From: Lama guanicoe
Taxonomy: Eukaryota
Assembly (NCBI GenBank): GCA_013239625.1
Contig: MU053881.1
Coordinates: 124,001-188,000 of the forward strand
Direction: 5' to 3'
DNA: 64,000 bases
The translations under genes were made by a program, and so were the position numbers. Below, piece by piece: positions 27,258 through 40,972 of the stretch. The notes beneath the pieces were generated by a model. The model did no database searches. It was not told where the DNA came from and worked only from the letters and a program-made list of their open reading frames with translations. The first letter of the stretch is position 1. Each line of letters opens with the position of its first letter.

Positions 27258-27557
27258 NNNNNNNNNNNNNNNNNNNNNNNNNNNNNNNNNNNNNNNNNNN
27301 NNNNNNNNNNNNNNNNNNNNNNNNNNNNNNNNNNNNNNNNNNNNNNNNNNNNNNNNNNNNNNNNNNNNNNNNNNNNNNNNNNNNNNNNNNNNNNNNNNNN
27401 NNNNNNNNNNNNNNNNNNNNNNNNNNNNNNNNNNNNNNNNNNNNNNNNNNNNNNNNNNNNNNNNNNNNNNNNNNNNNNNNNNNNNNNNNNNNNNNNNNNN
27501 NNNNNNNNNNNNNNNNNNNNNNNNNNNNNNNNNNNNNNNNNNNNNNNNNNNNNNNNN
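27258..27557. other. Assembly gap (300 N)
   Basis: Run of N flanked by A-rich tracts. Confidence 1.
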
Positions 27558-27559
27558 AA

Positions 27560-29645
27560 AAAAAAAAAAAAAGCAAAGGATCAGAACAAATACTGAAATT
27601 TTAATCCAAGGGAACTTTCCTGAAATTAAAAGGAAAAAAAAATTCAAGCTACACTTTGAAAGGGCACGCTACATCTGAGAATATCAAAGCCAAACAACCA
27701 ATATCAAGATGTATTTAAGTACAATTACTGATTTTACGAGAAAAACATCCTTTGGGCATCTAGGCCAAAAAGAGGAAGTAACTTGTCAGGGAAAGAAAAT
27801 TACACTATCATCAAGCCTACAGCAAAACTGGAGCAACATATATGCAAGATGCTCAAGGAAAGAATTCCTTGATACTGAGGATTTTACATTCACCCAAACT
27901 GACTCTCAAAATATAAAGGGCAGAAACTGTTACCAACTTGCAAGAACTCAGAGAAGACTGTTCCAGTGAGCACTTTCTAAGGAAACATCTAGAGAACAAT
28001 CTAGAAAACCAAAATGATCACAGAGACAAATTAACTTGTAGGAGGCACTGGATACACAGTTACTTGCAAAACTAATTCTAAATGGGGTGGTTTATGAACA
28101 TTAGATGGGAAAGCTGACAGTATTTAATGGCTACATACTCTGACAATATAGAGAGTACACCTACTTAATGGGTGGGGGGGGATAATACGCAAAGCGTTAC
28201 CTACTCTCAGTACTCACGTGGTGGCGGTATCTTTAGTAGTTATTCTGAGACTATTATGTATGTGATATGGGATAAAGCAAGTAAGTAATCATGGGACATT
28301 CAAATTCCATCATCCCACGTCCCTGGGAACCGGGACTCTCAGTATTAAAAGAGATACAGATGTTATTATAAAAAAGGTTTGTTAAAACTCATTATTCTGA
28401 ACATAAATAAAAAATAATGTATTTTCATATGATATTTTAACTTTATATATACAAATACATTCTACAGCTTTAAAGACATTTTATTATATAAATACTATAT
28501 ATCACACCTTTCATCATAAACGTATATGACCACATACATATACGTCATATTTCATGGCTCTGTCTGGTGAGAAGACCTAGAAATAATGACTAACTCAGTA
28601 ACAACGAGCATCATGAGCAGTTACTATGGTCCTCAAATAGCATTTCTAAAACAATCACTTTTTCTTGGGAAAAAATGACACACTTCAGGTTTGAGACAGG
28701 AAATACAAGATGACCATACCAGACAGCAAGGACACTACCAACGACAACCAAGGTTATGTCACAGAACCCAGGAGTCATTTAAAGAAGCTCTCCCACTAAG
28801 CAACAACAGGACAATTTAAGCATCAAAATAAGAATAATGACAACCCACGGCATATGTTTGAAACCCAAATATACTAGTTAATAAGGATATTTTAAAAACC
28901 TAATTGGTCACCCACAAAGTGTAACAGTTTATCCTCAAAACTAGTAAATAAAAGGAAAGAAAATAAGCATTCTTTTCTGCCCTTCCTATACAAACTGTAC
29001 CTTGAGCAATCAATCAGTAAATGAGGGAAAATACCTCTCTACAGACACAGCTCAAAGAATTAACTGCTTTAGGCAATTAACGTCAGTAGGAAAGAAGGTC
29101 TTCAGATCTTGTGTCTCCCGAAGAAAAAGCACAACACCACGGACACAACAGGACTTCAGTCCTGCCAAGGGTCTTAAATCAGTCTGCTCAAGCCTCTGCA
29201 TCCTGCCTCCCATTTGGATGAGAAACATGCTGAGCCGCATGCAGCAAAACGCAGACTACAGGTAAACAACAGGTCAAACTGCTCAGGTTCAACAGAGAAA
29301 CTGTAAGGGGAGGATGGAGGGGAAACCTGTAAATTAAGACATTTAAATAAAAAGGGTAGAGGGACTAAACTATAATGCTTAGGTATACATAATTTGGTGT
29401 TTAAACTATAAGGGGACAGGAAAAGTGATTACTATAAAAGTCAGGGTACTTTTAGGGAGCAGCTAAGTGGTTGTGATTGGCTCTGGTACAGAAGCAGTTC
29501 TAGGGTAAGTGAAAAACTTTTAATTCTTGACCGGGGTAGTAGTTACAACACCCTGGCCTTATATAATAATTTCCTAATCTATTTGTGTGGTTTTCTTTAT
29601 CTGTATTTCATTTTGCAGTTAAAAAAATGTTTTCTTTAAAAAGCA
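27560..29645 (+). mobile_element. Degenerate L1ME-like fragments
   Basis: ORF1-like segment (ggaactttcctgaaattaaaa...) followed by old L1 3' UTR-like sequence; boundaries approximate. Confidence 0.5.
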
Positions 29646-31589
29646 AATGATTAATAGTCATTTGGCTTATCTGGTTACCTTCAAACGGCACAAGGAACTC
29701 ACCACCCCCACCCTGGAACCAGAGAAGTATATGAAATAACTGCAGGTCCAGGAGTCAAGGACCCCAGATCCCTAGAACTTTGTATCCAGGATCTTAAGGA
29801 ACTGATGCTGAAGCATATACATGAAATAACTAACTTAGCATGAAATGAATTCAGCCTTGAAAAATTCTACACAAAGGAGTTTACATATTAAGGACTAAGA
29901 CAATAAAGTGACCTTCCTGAGAGTGGTTTTGTTGATTACAAAGTCTTGTTCCACAGACCCATTCAACCAATAGTTTATCCTCCACAATACCTGGTACAAG
30001 TAAGACTATTTGTTAAGAACGTTACTTTAGAGGAATCTCCCCTCTTCCTTCCTATCTTGTGTACAGATTTCTCACCAAAGTTCAGAGTATGGGGAGAACA
30101 GTGACTCAAAATTGCCGAGGAGTTCCCAACAAGACGTAGAAGCAGGAGAGAGCAAATGACCTAAATGATTACTTTCCAGATTACCCATATGCAAAAAAGG
30201 GGAAACTTCCTAGAAGCAATTTTTAACTCAAAAATTGCAATACAGACTGAAAAAAGAGCAAAATAAAGTTAAATACCAATCCTGCAGAAATTAAAAGGGG
30301 GAAGCTGGAGTGGTGACTGCCTGTGCTTCGAAGACTCCCCTGACATAGAAAATCACACTTGACAGGAGAGGCAAAAGAGAGAAATTTCACTCTCCACCAC
30401 ACCTACTTTATGAAACTGAATTCTGCTAAATTAAAGCCAGTACTTCAAAAATCCTAAGAGGGAAAGCAGGAGAGACCCATGTGGGTACTGATCTCTGCTA
30501 CTGCTGCAGAGAAGGGTGTTCAGGTTTACTCGATAGGTTAACAAGGAATTTCGAGCTGACAAGGGAGAAATACTATTATCATTACTTCCTTTTTGCTTCC
30601 TGTATCGCACGTTTCTACCTGGTTTTGGCAGTTATACTTTGTCTATTGCTGGTATATTCCCTTCACCTCAGTCCCTAACACACAATAAGCTTTAGAATGA
30701 AAGGGACTGTGTTTTTTTCATCTATAGATCTTCCATATGCCTCGTACAGTGCCTGGCAAAATGTTGTACACATAGCATATGCTCAGGGTTTTACTACATT
30801 AAAACACAAAAATTCAAGGGCAATCAGGTGAAAGAAGAGACAACTTGCTCTGTACTATTTGAGAAGGCAAAAATCAAGACAAACTGGAAGGAAAGTATGA
30901 GGAGGCATATTAGCCCAACATGAACACAAAACTTCTTTAGTACTGGTTGCCTTGAGAAGAACGTCCCTTCACCACTCTTGAAGTATTAAAAAGGAGGCTG
31001 CATGCCCATCGGCAGGGATGCTAAGAATATCCTCTGTGGATCTGGAAGCTCATGTATTTCTTTGAATGCGTCTAGACTGCATTAATGGTAGAAGACAATT
31101 TTGAGATCTGATTCAAACTCTATTAACATTTTGTGTTTCTGAATAAGGCTGTCCTCAGACTCAGACTGAAAAGCAAATGAAGAAAATGAAGAAAAACAAA
31201 TCTACCCCAGAACCTCCACTAGAACAGACATCTCCCACCCCACTGGAAACCCGTAATCTGACAGTGCAGAAGCTCTGTCCTACTCTATCAGAGAATTAAG
31301 AATCAGAACAAACCTTTGTACACTAGGCATTTCACATGCATTATCTTTATTTCACCCTTGATATTATTATCCCCATTGTATGAAAGGACACTGATACTGA
31401 GGGAATAAGCAATGAATGGGTTTTGAACTTTGATTCAAACCATGTTCTTTCCACTGAATCTTCCGGCTTCTAAGATAAATTAGCACTGGAAAATACAACA
31501 GTGCTTCTCTTGTGTTATTAGCACTAGAATATTTACTTTTCTACCGTATTTTAACTTCCATACCATAAACTTACTCTTGCACGTCTTAC

Positions 31590-31701
31590 CACTTATTTCA
31601 AGCTCCGCCCAACGTGCTTTCTTTCCGTTTGCTGCTTCCTCAGAGGACATAATTGTGTACATCCTCCGAGGGTCAGGGGGCTCGTATTTTTCTTTGGGCA
31701 T
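31590..31701 (-). CDS. CNOT6: CNOT6 first coding exon (exon 2; MPKEKYEPPDPRRMYTIMSSEEAANGKKARWAELEIS)
   Basis: Acceptor caacag|GC ATG (exon begins 31703, ATG at 31701-31699), donor GTG|gtaaga at 31590/31589; 112 coding nt. Confidence 0.96.
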
Positions 31702-33104
31702 GCCTGTTGAATTAAGAAAAGAAATTAATCAGTATTTGGAAGAATCAAGTAACAACACATTTTTTAAAAGAAGACACCCATATTATGATCTCTAAATACA
31801 ATTTTCCACTAAAAGGAACTAGGAGTTCATTGCAGAAATGGAGGATTTCAGGTCTGGGATCAGAAAAATACCATTAAGTCTGACTCTAAAGAAGATGCTA
31901 TGGCTGTGAAGAACACAGGAGCCAGCTTGAAGAGGTCCCACTGGCTGCAGATAAGGCAATCTGAACATCAAAAGAATGACTATGAGTCATTATAAACTGC
32001 ATGAATCCAAACTGTTAATTAAAAAAAAAAAACTCATCACCTGAAAATTGGACAATAAAGGGAAAGAATCAAGCATTAATCCTACATTTCTGGCAGACAC
32101 TAGACGAGGAAGTGTTCTTAACAGAGTTCCAGCTAATAAATGCAGAAAGAGTTACATAATCAGAAAAAAATATCCTTTTACAATCGCATATGAAAAAAAT
32201 AGATGACCATCAATGGTTAATTAAAGCATTATGTGAAAAAATCCACAGGAAAAATTTTAAATAAATCAGGCTAAAAGACTTCAATCCAAGGACTAATGTC
32301 ATTATTGGGACAACTAGACTTACATCCCAACATTACAAATGCCCTTGCCCCTTCATTCAAAAAATTAAAAATAAAAAATCAAACTTGAATCAAATCAAGC
32401 CTCTCTAGATCTGGTACCAATTTACACTAAATAAGGGAGACAGAGGAACATGCTAAAAATAACACAGGACACAACAATGTGAATATACTTAATACTACTG
32501 ACCTGTACACTTAAAAATGATTATTATGACAGCAAATTTTATGTATAATTTACCATGATTTAAAAGAATTTTTTAGTTTTAAAATAGTGCCACAAGAATT
32601 CAGCCAGCCAAATGTAAAATATGACAAAATACATGACAAAAGTACCAATTTTTTTTAACAAATGAATGACATGAAAAACGGGGAGTAAGAGGAAAGTGAT
32701 ATTAAGTGATTTACGAGGCACAGGGATCAAATGCAATGTACAGACCTTGTCTGGGTCTGATTTGAACAAATTAAGTATAAAAAACATTTCTGAGAATCAG
32801 ACAAATTTGAGTAACTAAATCTAAGTTAGGACTATTATTCATTTGCTTGTGGTTATTTTTTAATTCTTATGTTATAGACACATTCTAAAAGCTTTAGGTG
32901 AAATGCAATCTCACTCCCCTGCGTATCCCCCCAAACTCCTTGTTCTGGTCTCACTTCATTTTATTCATTTGGATGAGCCATAATCTACTTTAACCAACTC
33001 TACCTACTCTGGATACCTATACAGCTAAACAAAGCTGGAGAAAAACCTACCACCATGTGAATCTAAAGTGAGCCAGTCAGCAACAACTTACCTCAAATCG
33101 AGTT

Positions 33105-33275
33105 ACTTCTAAACGGGTGCAAAGTTTTAGTTTTACAAGAAAAGAGTTCTGGAGATGGATGGTGGTAATGGCTGCACAGCATTATGAATGTATTTAATAC
33201 CACTGAATGCTACACTTAAAAATGGTTACGACAGTAAATAGTACATTATGTATATTTTCCCACAATAAAAAAAAC
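33105..33275 (+). mobile_element. Short L1MB-like 3' end fragment
   Basis: gagttctggagatggatggtggtaatggctgcacagc...cacttaaaaatggtta...cacaataaaaaaaa. Confidence 0.7.
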
Positions 33276-34112
33276 TGGGAAAAAGTTAGAGCTGTTTTCA
33301 TTATGCTATGCTGCTTCTCTAATGATGAGGACAGTTATTTTTTAAACATAGAAATGGGCTTTGACTATATAGTCAAAACACAGGAGGTAATAAGCAATTT
33401 TAAAATGCTTTTTGGAAAAAGAATATAAGTGTTGAGACTGAACAAGGAACAACACATTTATTTTTTGATTTTGTTAAATATTATTAATGAAACAAACTAT
33501 TCTCTTACACAATAATTTCTCCAGCATAGAAACAGAATGACGGAAGTTTTTAGACTGATAAAAGAAATACCTAACAGAGAGAGTTATACAGCTAAGAACT
33601 GTAACAGTTCTGGTGAAACAAGTGCCCTTTCTGAATCATATGAATATACCAGTAATAATATCAAACATCTAAAATGCTGTGTAAGGCTACCAGAGCTTAA
33701 TGATAACATCTCTTAAGATCACCCAAATGCCATTATTCTGGCTAGATTTTACTCACAAAACCACCATCTAATCTTCACTGACTTTTCCAAATCAAATTTA
33801 ATAATGGTAAACTGCTCTGTCTAACAGAGGTTAGCATTTTGGTCCTATTAATCATTAATCATTTGACTTCTTAGTGAAATTTCAGAACTCTGATTTCACA
33901 TTTTCATGTGAGCTTAGTTAGTGAGAACCAATGTCCAGAGTTTCATCACATTTCAGAAAACAGGTAAGAAGTATTACTGAACTGAAACCTGAAATCCAGG
34001 CCTTGGAACTGGGGTTATTCCATCAGAGTCATGATTTCTGCCTACGCAGCCAACCACTCCCTTCTGTGGTTTTCATAACGTGTGATGGGTTGTCTTAATT
34101 GTAAAATTTAAG

Positions 34113-37100
34113 GAATGAGGGATTGCCAAGGTGGTGGAATAGAAGGATGTGGTGCTCACCCTCTCCCACAAACATCTACATGAGGAACAGTTATCACAGA
34201 ATACCTACTGAACTTTGGCAAAATATCTCTTACATCTGAAATACACGGAGAATCCACAGAAAACTGAGCAGAAGAAACAAAGAGGAAAAAGAAGTTGGGG
34301 CAGGACTGGTCACCTCGGGGAGGGAAGGCAAAGGAGGAAAAGTGCCCTCACCCAAGGAAGCCCCCTCACCAGCAGGGAGGTCAGTGGGCACAGAAAGGGG
34401 GCTCCAAAGGCTTGGAGGAGCTGCTTGGCAGACAGAACTGAGAGAAACCGGCACAGAGGGCCCATGGGATGCCTAGTCCGAGAGCGAGCCGACACGGGCT
34501 GGAGCTCGGGCTTCTGCAGAAGAGGCCAGGGAGAGGACTCAGGATGACTGCACAGAGGAAGCCTCAGAGGGCTGGAGTGTGGTGCAGGCTGAGGCTGTGA
34601 GTGTGTCCATAACAGCCCAGGTCCCCCTGCAGAAAGCACCAATGCTGGTCTGTATAGAGGGAGGGGCGCAATGCAGCCCGGATTAGCAGCCATCTCCACT
34701 AGCCCAGAGAGCACTGCTCAGCACCATCATTGGTGCCATGGCCTCACGAACAGAGGGGCAGGGATTCAGACACAATCATCTTCTCAGCCCGCTCAGGAGG
34801 AGCACAATTGCTGGTGCATGGCTCCCAGGCAGGGCTGAAACCTGAATCCATTCCCAGGGTTTGCAGGTGGGAATGCGATTTGAATCGAGCCCAGGCAGTG
34901 GTGGCAGATTTGCTATGCTGGTGTCTTTGTGGACCCCCTCCTCTAGACAACCAGAATTCTGGCCCATGGTGGGGGCGAGTCTGGTGTTAACAGCAGGCCT
35001 GTGTATGCTGACGTGGGTCTGGGGTCTGCGCTGACCCTGTGGCTCAGAGTAGATCCAGGTGCATGACTGCAAGGGCACTATGGCTGGTCCTAGTGCCTGA
35101 TGTTAGCAGATCTGCCCTAATGGCTCTGTGGGCACAGAACCTTGGGGACAGTAGAGCAGGTTGCCAACATTCCCACAGCTGAGGTAGGGACAAGGGCAGC
35201 AACAACAAAGTGTACCCCATAAGCCCGCACGACGAAGGCACTTTCCAGTGGACATTTCCGGTGGAGGAATACTCAGCAGTTTTTCTTCCAATGGAATCGC
35301 TCTAGTCCTGCCTACCACACACTGCCGCCCAGAAACGGGTCTTGAAGCCTCTATCCCAACAACAGGGATGCAGGACGCAGACTCAGGCCCTGTCAGGACT
35401 GTGACAACCACAGAGGAAAGAGGCCCTGCTCAACAACTAGTTCAGGCCCTGGTCACCACACCACCACTAACACCCCCAATCAAGAGGATAACAGGCAGCA
35501 CACACAGAGGAAAGACGTGGCAACCATCCATACTGAAACAGCCCTGGGGACAAAAAAATTAGATGCACAGTCCACACAGGGACACAACCACATTTAAAAA
35601 AAGGGGGGGGCCCTTCAAGACCACAGTAGATAACGGTCACTCCTAAATTCACGCCATCAGAGAAATATAAGTAAAATGAAGAAGCTAAGAAAAAATCCCA
35701 ATTAAAAGAACAAGAGAAGCCCTCAAAAAATCAAACAACGAAATAGACCTTCACAGTCTACTGGATCATGAGATGAAAAAAGAGATGATAAAAGCACTGA
35801 AGAAAATAAGATAGGCTATCAACAGAAATGTAGAATACTGTAAAAAGGAAATTAAACTACAAAGAGGAGCCAATTAAAATCAGAAAACTCAACTGCCAAG
35901 ATAAAAGTCGAGCTAAAGGCAGCCAATAGCAGCAGAAAAATGAAGTGATTTAGAAGACAGGATAATTGAAATCACAAAACCAAAACAGCAGACAGGAAAC
36001 CAAATGAAAACAAATGAAAGTAGTAAGAGACAATATAAAGTGTATCAATCTACCCATAGTAACAGTCCCAGAAAAAGAAAGAAAAAAAGGGATTGAAAAA
36101 GTATTTGAAGAAATTATGACCAAAACCTTCCCAAACCTAAAGAAGGAATCAGATATTCAAGTACAGGAAGTACAGATGGTCCCAAACAAGATGAACCCAA
36201 ACAGACCTACACCAAGATATATTATAATTAAGATAGCTAAAGTTAAAGACAAAGAAGATTCTAAAGAAGGACGAGAAAAACAAAGACTTAGTTGGGGAAC
36301 TCCCATAAGGCTTTCATCTGACTTCTCTACACAAACATTGCTGGCCAGGAGTGGCAAGATATATTCAAAGTCCTGAATGAGAAAAACTTGCAGCCTAGGA
36401 TACTCTACCCAGCAAGACCATCCTTAGGAATTAAAAGAAACATAAACAGTTTCTCAGACAAGTAAAAAGCCAAAAGAAATCAACAAACTGAAAGGCAATA
36501 CTAAATATCCTAAAAGAAATATTGAAAGGTCTTCTATAAATAAAAAAGCATGAATCTATAGAAAAGAGAAAACCACAATTGGAAATGCAATAACTGCAAT
36601 GAAGAGCAAGAGAATAAAACATGAAGATGCAAAAGAGGACATCAAAATCAAAATGTAGAAGTGAGGAGCAAGAAAATGTAGAACTTTTTTTTCATTCTTT
36701 GAGGATGTGTTTGAGCCTATATGACTACTAGTCTAAAGCAAATCAATGTAGTAATCGGTTAACATGCTGAAAAACAGGGTAACCACATCAAAAGAATACA
36801 ATAGTCACAAAATCAAAAAGAAATAGACCTAGTACAAAAGAAAATTATCAAACCACAAAAACAAAAAAAAGAAGAAATAAAAAATCAACTGAAAAACAAA
36901 GTTTAAAATGGCAATAAATACACAGCTATCAATAGTAACAATAAATGTCAATGGATCAAATGCTCCAATCAAAAGACACAGAGTGGCAGACTGGATAATA
37001 AAACAAGAGCATACAATATGCTACCTACGATAGACCCACTTTAGGGTGAAGGACACACACAGTATGAAAGTAAGAGGGTAGAAAAAGATATTCCATGCAA

Positions 37101-40100
37101 ATGGAAATGACAAGAAAGCAGGGTAGCAAAACTTTTATCACACAATATGCACATTAAAATAGGCCATAAAGAAAGATAAAGAAGGACACTACATAATGAT
37201 AAAAGCAGCAATATAAGAAGAGAGTATTACTCCCGTTAACAAATATGCACCCAACATAGGAGCACCTAAATATATAAACAAATACTAACAGACATAAAGG
37301 AGAAATTATTGGGAATGCAATAATATTAGGAGACTTTAACACCCCACTAACATCACTGAACATATCTTCCAGACAAAAATCAGTAAGGCAGTGGAGATAC
37401 TAAATGACACAATAGGACAGCTATATTTAATTGATATCTTCAGGACATAACATCCCCACAAAACAGAATATACATTCTTTTCAGGTGCACATGAAACAAT
37501 AGGATAGACCACATACTCTGACACAAAAGAAGCCTCAACAAATTTAAGAGTATAGAAAGTATTCCAAGCATCTTTCCTGACCACAATATCATGAAACTAA
37601 AAATTAACCACAGAAAGAAAAACAAGGAAAAAATGACTGCATGGAGACTAAACAATACTCTACTAAAAAACCAATGGGTCAATGATGAAATCAAAAAAGA
37701 AATTAAAAATACCTGAGACAAATGACAATGAAAACACAACCATACAATATGGGATGCAGCAAAAGCAATCCTAAGAGGGAAGTTCATATCAATACAGGCC
37801 TTCCTCAAAAAAACTAGAACAATTTCAATTAAACAACCTAACCTACCAGCTGAAAGAATCAGAAAAAGAAAAACAAACAAAATCCAATGTCAGCAGAAGG
37901 AAAAAAATGATAAAAGATCAGGGAGGAAATAAAGATTTTTTAAAAATGGAAAAAATCAATCAAATCAAGAGCTGGTTTTTGAAAGAGTAAACAAAATTGG
38001 GAAACCTCTGGCCAGGACAAGAAGAAAAGAGAGGACACAAATAAAATAAGAAATGAAAATGAGAAATTACAACCAACACCACAGAAATACAAGAAACTAT
38101 AAGAGAATACTATCAATAACTGTATGGCAACAAAGTGGAAAACAGAAAAAATGGACAAGTTTCTAGAAACATAGCCCACCAAAATTAAATCAAGAAGGAA
38201 GTGGTAATATGAGCAGATGGATCCCTGGAAGTGAAATAGAATCAGTAATTAAAAAACAAAACAAAACAAAACAAACCTCCCTAGAAACAAAAGTCCAGGA
38301 CCAGATGGCTTCACTGTGGAATTCTACCAGAAATACATAGAAGAACTTATGGCAATCCTTCTCAAACACTTCCAAAAGAGTGAAGAGGAGGCAACACTCC
38401 CAAACTTATTCTATGAAGCCATCATCACCCTGATACAAAAACTAGACAAAAACACTACCAAAAAAGAAAATTACAGGCCAATATTGTTGATGAACATAGA
38501 TGCAAAAATACTTAACAAAATATTAGCAGACAGAATCCAACAATACATAAAAAAGATCATACACCATGATCAAGTTAGATTCATTCCAGGGACACAGGGA
38601 GGGTACAGCATAACCAAATCAATCAGTGTGATACACCACATCAACAAAAGAAAGGACAAAAATCACATCATCTCAATAGATGTAGAAAAAACAACTGATA
38701 AAATTCAATACACATTTATGATAAAAACTCTTACCAAAGTGAGTATAGAGAGAACATATCTTAACATCTATTAAAAAGCTGTTTATGACAAACCCACAGC
38801 CAACATAATATTCAATAGGTGAAAAATTAAAAGCCTTCCCACTAAGATCAGGAACAAGACAAGGATGCCCACTCTCACCACTTCTACTGCACACAGTATT
38901 GGAAATCCTAGACCCAGTAAACACACAAGAAAAACAAATAAAAGAAATCCAAATTGGAAGAGAAGAGGTAAAATTGTCAGTACATGCAGATGTCATGATA
39001 CTACTATTAATAGAAAACCTCAAAGGCTCCACACAAAAACTACCAGAGCTGATAAAATACAGAAAGGTAGCAAAATACAAGATTAACATACAGAAATCAG
39101 TTGCATTTCTCTACACTAACAATAAAATAGCAGAAAAGGAAATTAAAAAACAATGCCTTTCAAATTACATTAAAAAAAAAAGACCTAGAAATAAGCCTGA
39201 CGAAGGTGAAAAACTACAAAACACCAATTAGTGAAATTAAAGATTTAAAGAAATGGAAAAATATCCTCTGCTCTTGGAAGAAGTAATATTGTTAAAGTGA
39301 CCATACTACCCAAAGCAATCTTCAGATTTAATGCAACCCCTATCAAATTTCACAGGACATTTTTCACAGAACTAGAACAAATAATCCTAAAATTTATACA
39401 GAATCACAAAAGACCCAGAATTGCCATAGCATTACTGAAGAAAAAGAAAGAAGATGGAGGAATAACCCTCTCAGACTTCAGACAATACTACAGAGCTACA
39501 GTAATCAAAACAGCAGGGTATTGGCACAAAAACAGACATGGATCAATGGACTAGAATAGAGAGTCCAGAAGTAAACTCACACACTTGAGGTCAATTAATC
39601 ATCAATGAAGGAGACAAAAACGTACAATGGAGAAAAGACAGTCTCTTCAGCAAGTGGTGCTGGGAAAACTGGACAGCTGCATCAATGAAGTCAGAACACT
39701 CCCTCACACCATACACAAAATAAACTTAAAATGAATTAAAGACTTAAACATAAAACAAGACACAATAAACCTCCTAGAAAAATACATAGGCAAAACATCC
39801 TCTGACACAAATCTTAGCAATGTTCTCCTTGGGAAGTCTACCCAGGCAATAGAAATAAAAGCAAAAATAAACAAATGGGACCTAATTAAACTTACAAGCT
39901 TTTGCACAGCAAAGGAAACCGTAACTAAACGAACAACCACCTACGGAATGGGAGAAAATAACTGCAAATGATGCGACTGACAAAGGTTTAATTTCCAGAA
40001 TATATAAACAGCTCATACAACTTAATAACAAAAAAACAAAGAACCCAATCCAAAAATGGGAAGAAGATCTAAACAAGCAATTCTTCAATGAAAAGATACA

Positions 40101-40972
40101 AATGGCTAACAGGCACATGGAAAAATGCTCAACAGCACTAATTATCAGAGAAATGCCAATCAAAACTATAATGAGATTATCACCTCACACCAGTCAGAAT
40201 GGCCATCATTAAAAAGTCCACCAACAATAAACAGTGGAGAAGGTGTGGAGACAAGGGAACCTTCTACACTACTGGTGGGAATGTAGTTTGGTGCAGCCAT
40301 TATGGAAAACAGTGGAGATTCCTTAAAAAATTAAAAATATTTACCATCTGATCCAGCAATCCCACTCCTGGGCATATATCTATAAGGAATCCTAATTCAA
40401 AAAGAAACATACACCCCAATGTTCACAGCAGCACTATTTACAAAAGCCAAGACATGGAAACAAGCTGAATGTCCACTGACAGATGACTGGATAAAGGAGC
40501 TGTGGTATACTTATACAGTGGACTACTACTCAGCCATAAAAAATTGCTGCAACAAGGACGGATCCGTTATGTCATTCTAAGTGAAGCCAGAAAGTGAAAG
40601 GAAAATACCATATGATATCACTTATATGTGGAATCCAAAAAATAAAAACTCAAATGAATTCGTCTATAAAACAGAAAGAGTCACTCACATGGGAAACAAA
40701 GTTATAGTGACCAGGGGAGAAGGGGATGGGAAGGATAAATTGAGAGATCAAGATTTGCAGATACTAATTACTATATATAAAATAAATGAACAAGTTTATA
40801 CTGCATAGCACAGGGAATTACATTCAGTATCTTGTAGTAACCTATAATGAAAAAGAATATGAAAACAAGTATTTGTTTATGTATGACTGAAACTTTATGT
40901 TGTACACAGAAATTGACATAACATTGTAAACTGACTATACTTCAATTAAAATTAATTAATTAAAAATAGAAA
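34113..40972 (+). mobile_element. Full-length (about 6.9 kb) lineage-specific L1, inactivated, antisense in CNOT6 intron 1
   Basis: GC-rich 5' UTR (about 34113-35670). ORF1 from ATG 35676 (fragment NKMNPNRPTPRYIIIK). ORF2 from ATG 36908 (RT fragments [23 protein letters not shown] and [15 protein letters not shown]), broken by frameshifts and stops. A-rich tail; 11-bp TSD taaaatttaag at 34102-34112 and 40973-40983. Confidence 0.93.

Noticed and set aside
27072..27647. ORFs of 112-174 aa containing X runs
   Set aside because: Artefacts of translating through the N gap.
172..31701. CNOT6 as a pseudogene, or the gene being CNOT6L
   Set aside because: All splice sites and phases are intact, there are no stops in 487 codons, catalytic motifs are present, and the sequence matches CNOT6 better than CNOT6L.
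35676..40600. L1 ORF1/ORF2 as an active retrotransposon or novel reverse transcriptase gene
   Set aside because: Fragmented by many frameshifts and stops; the longest piece is about 152 aa.
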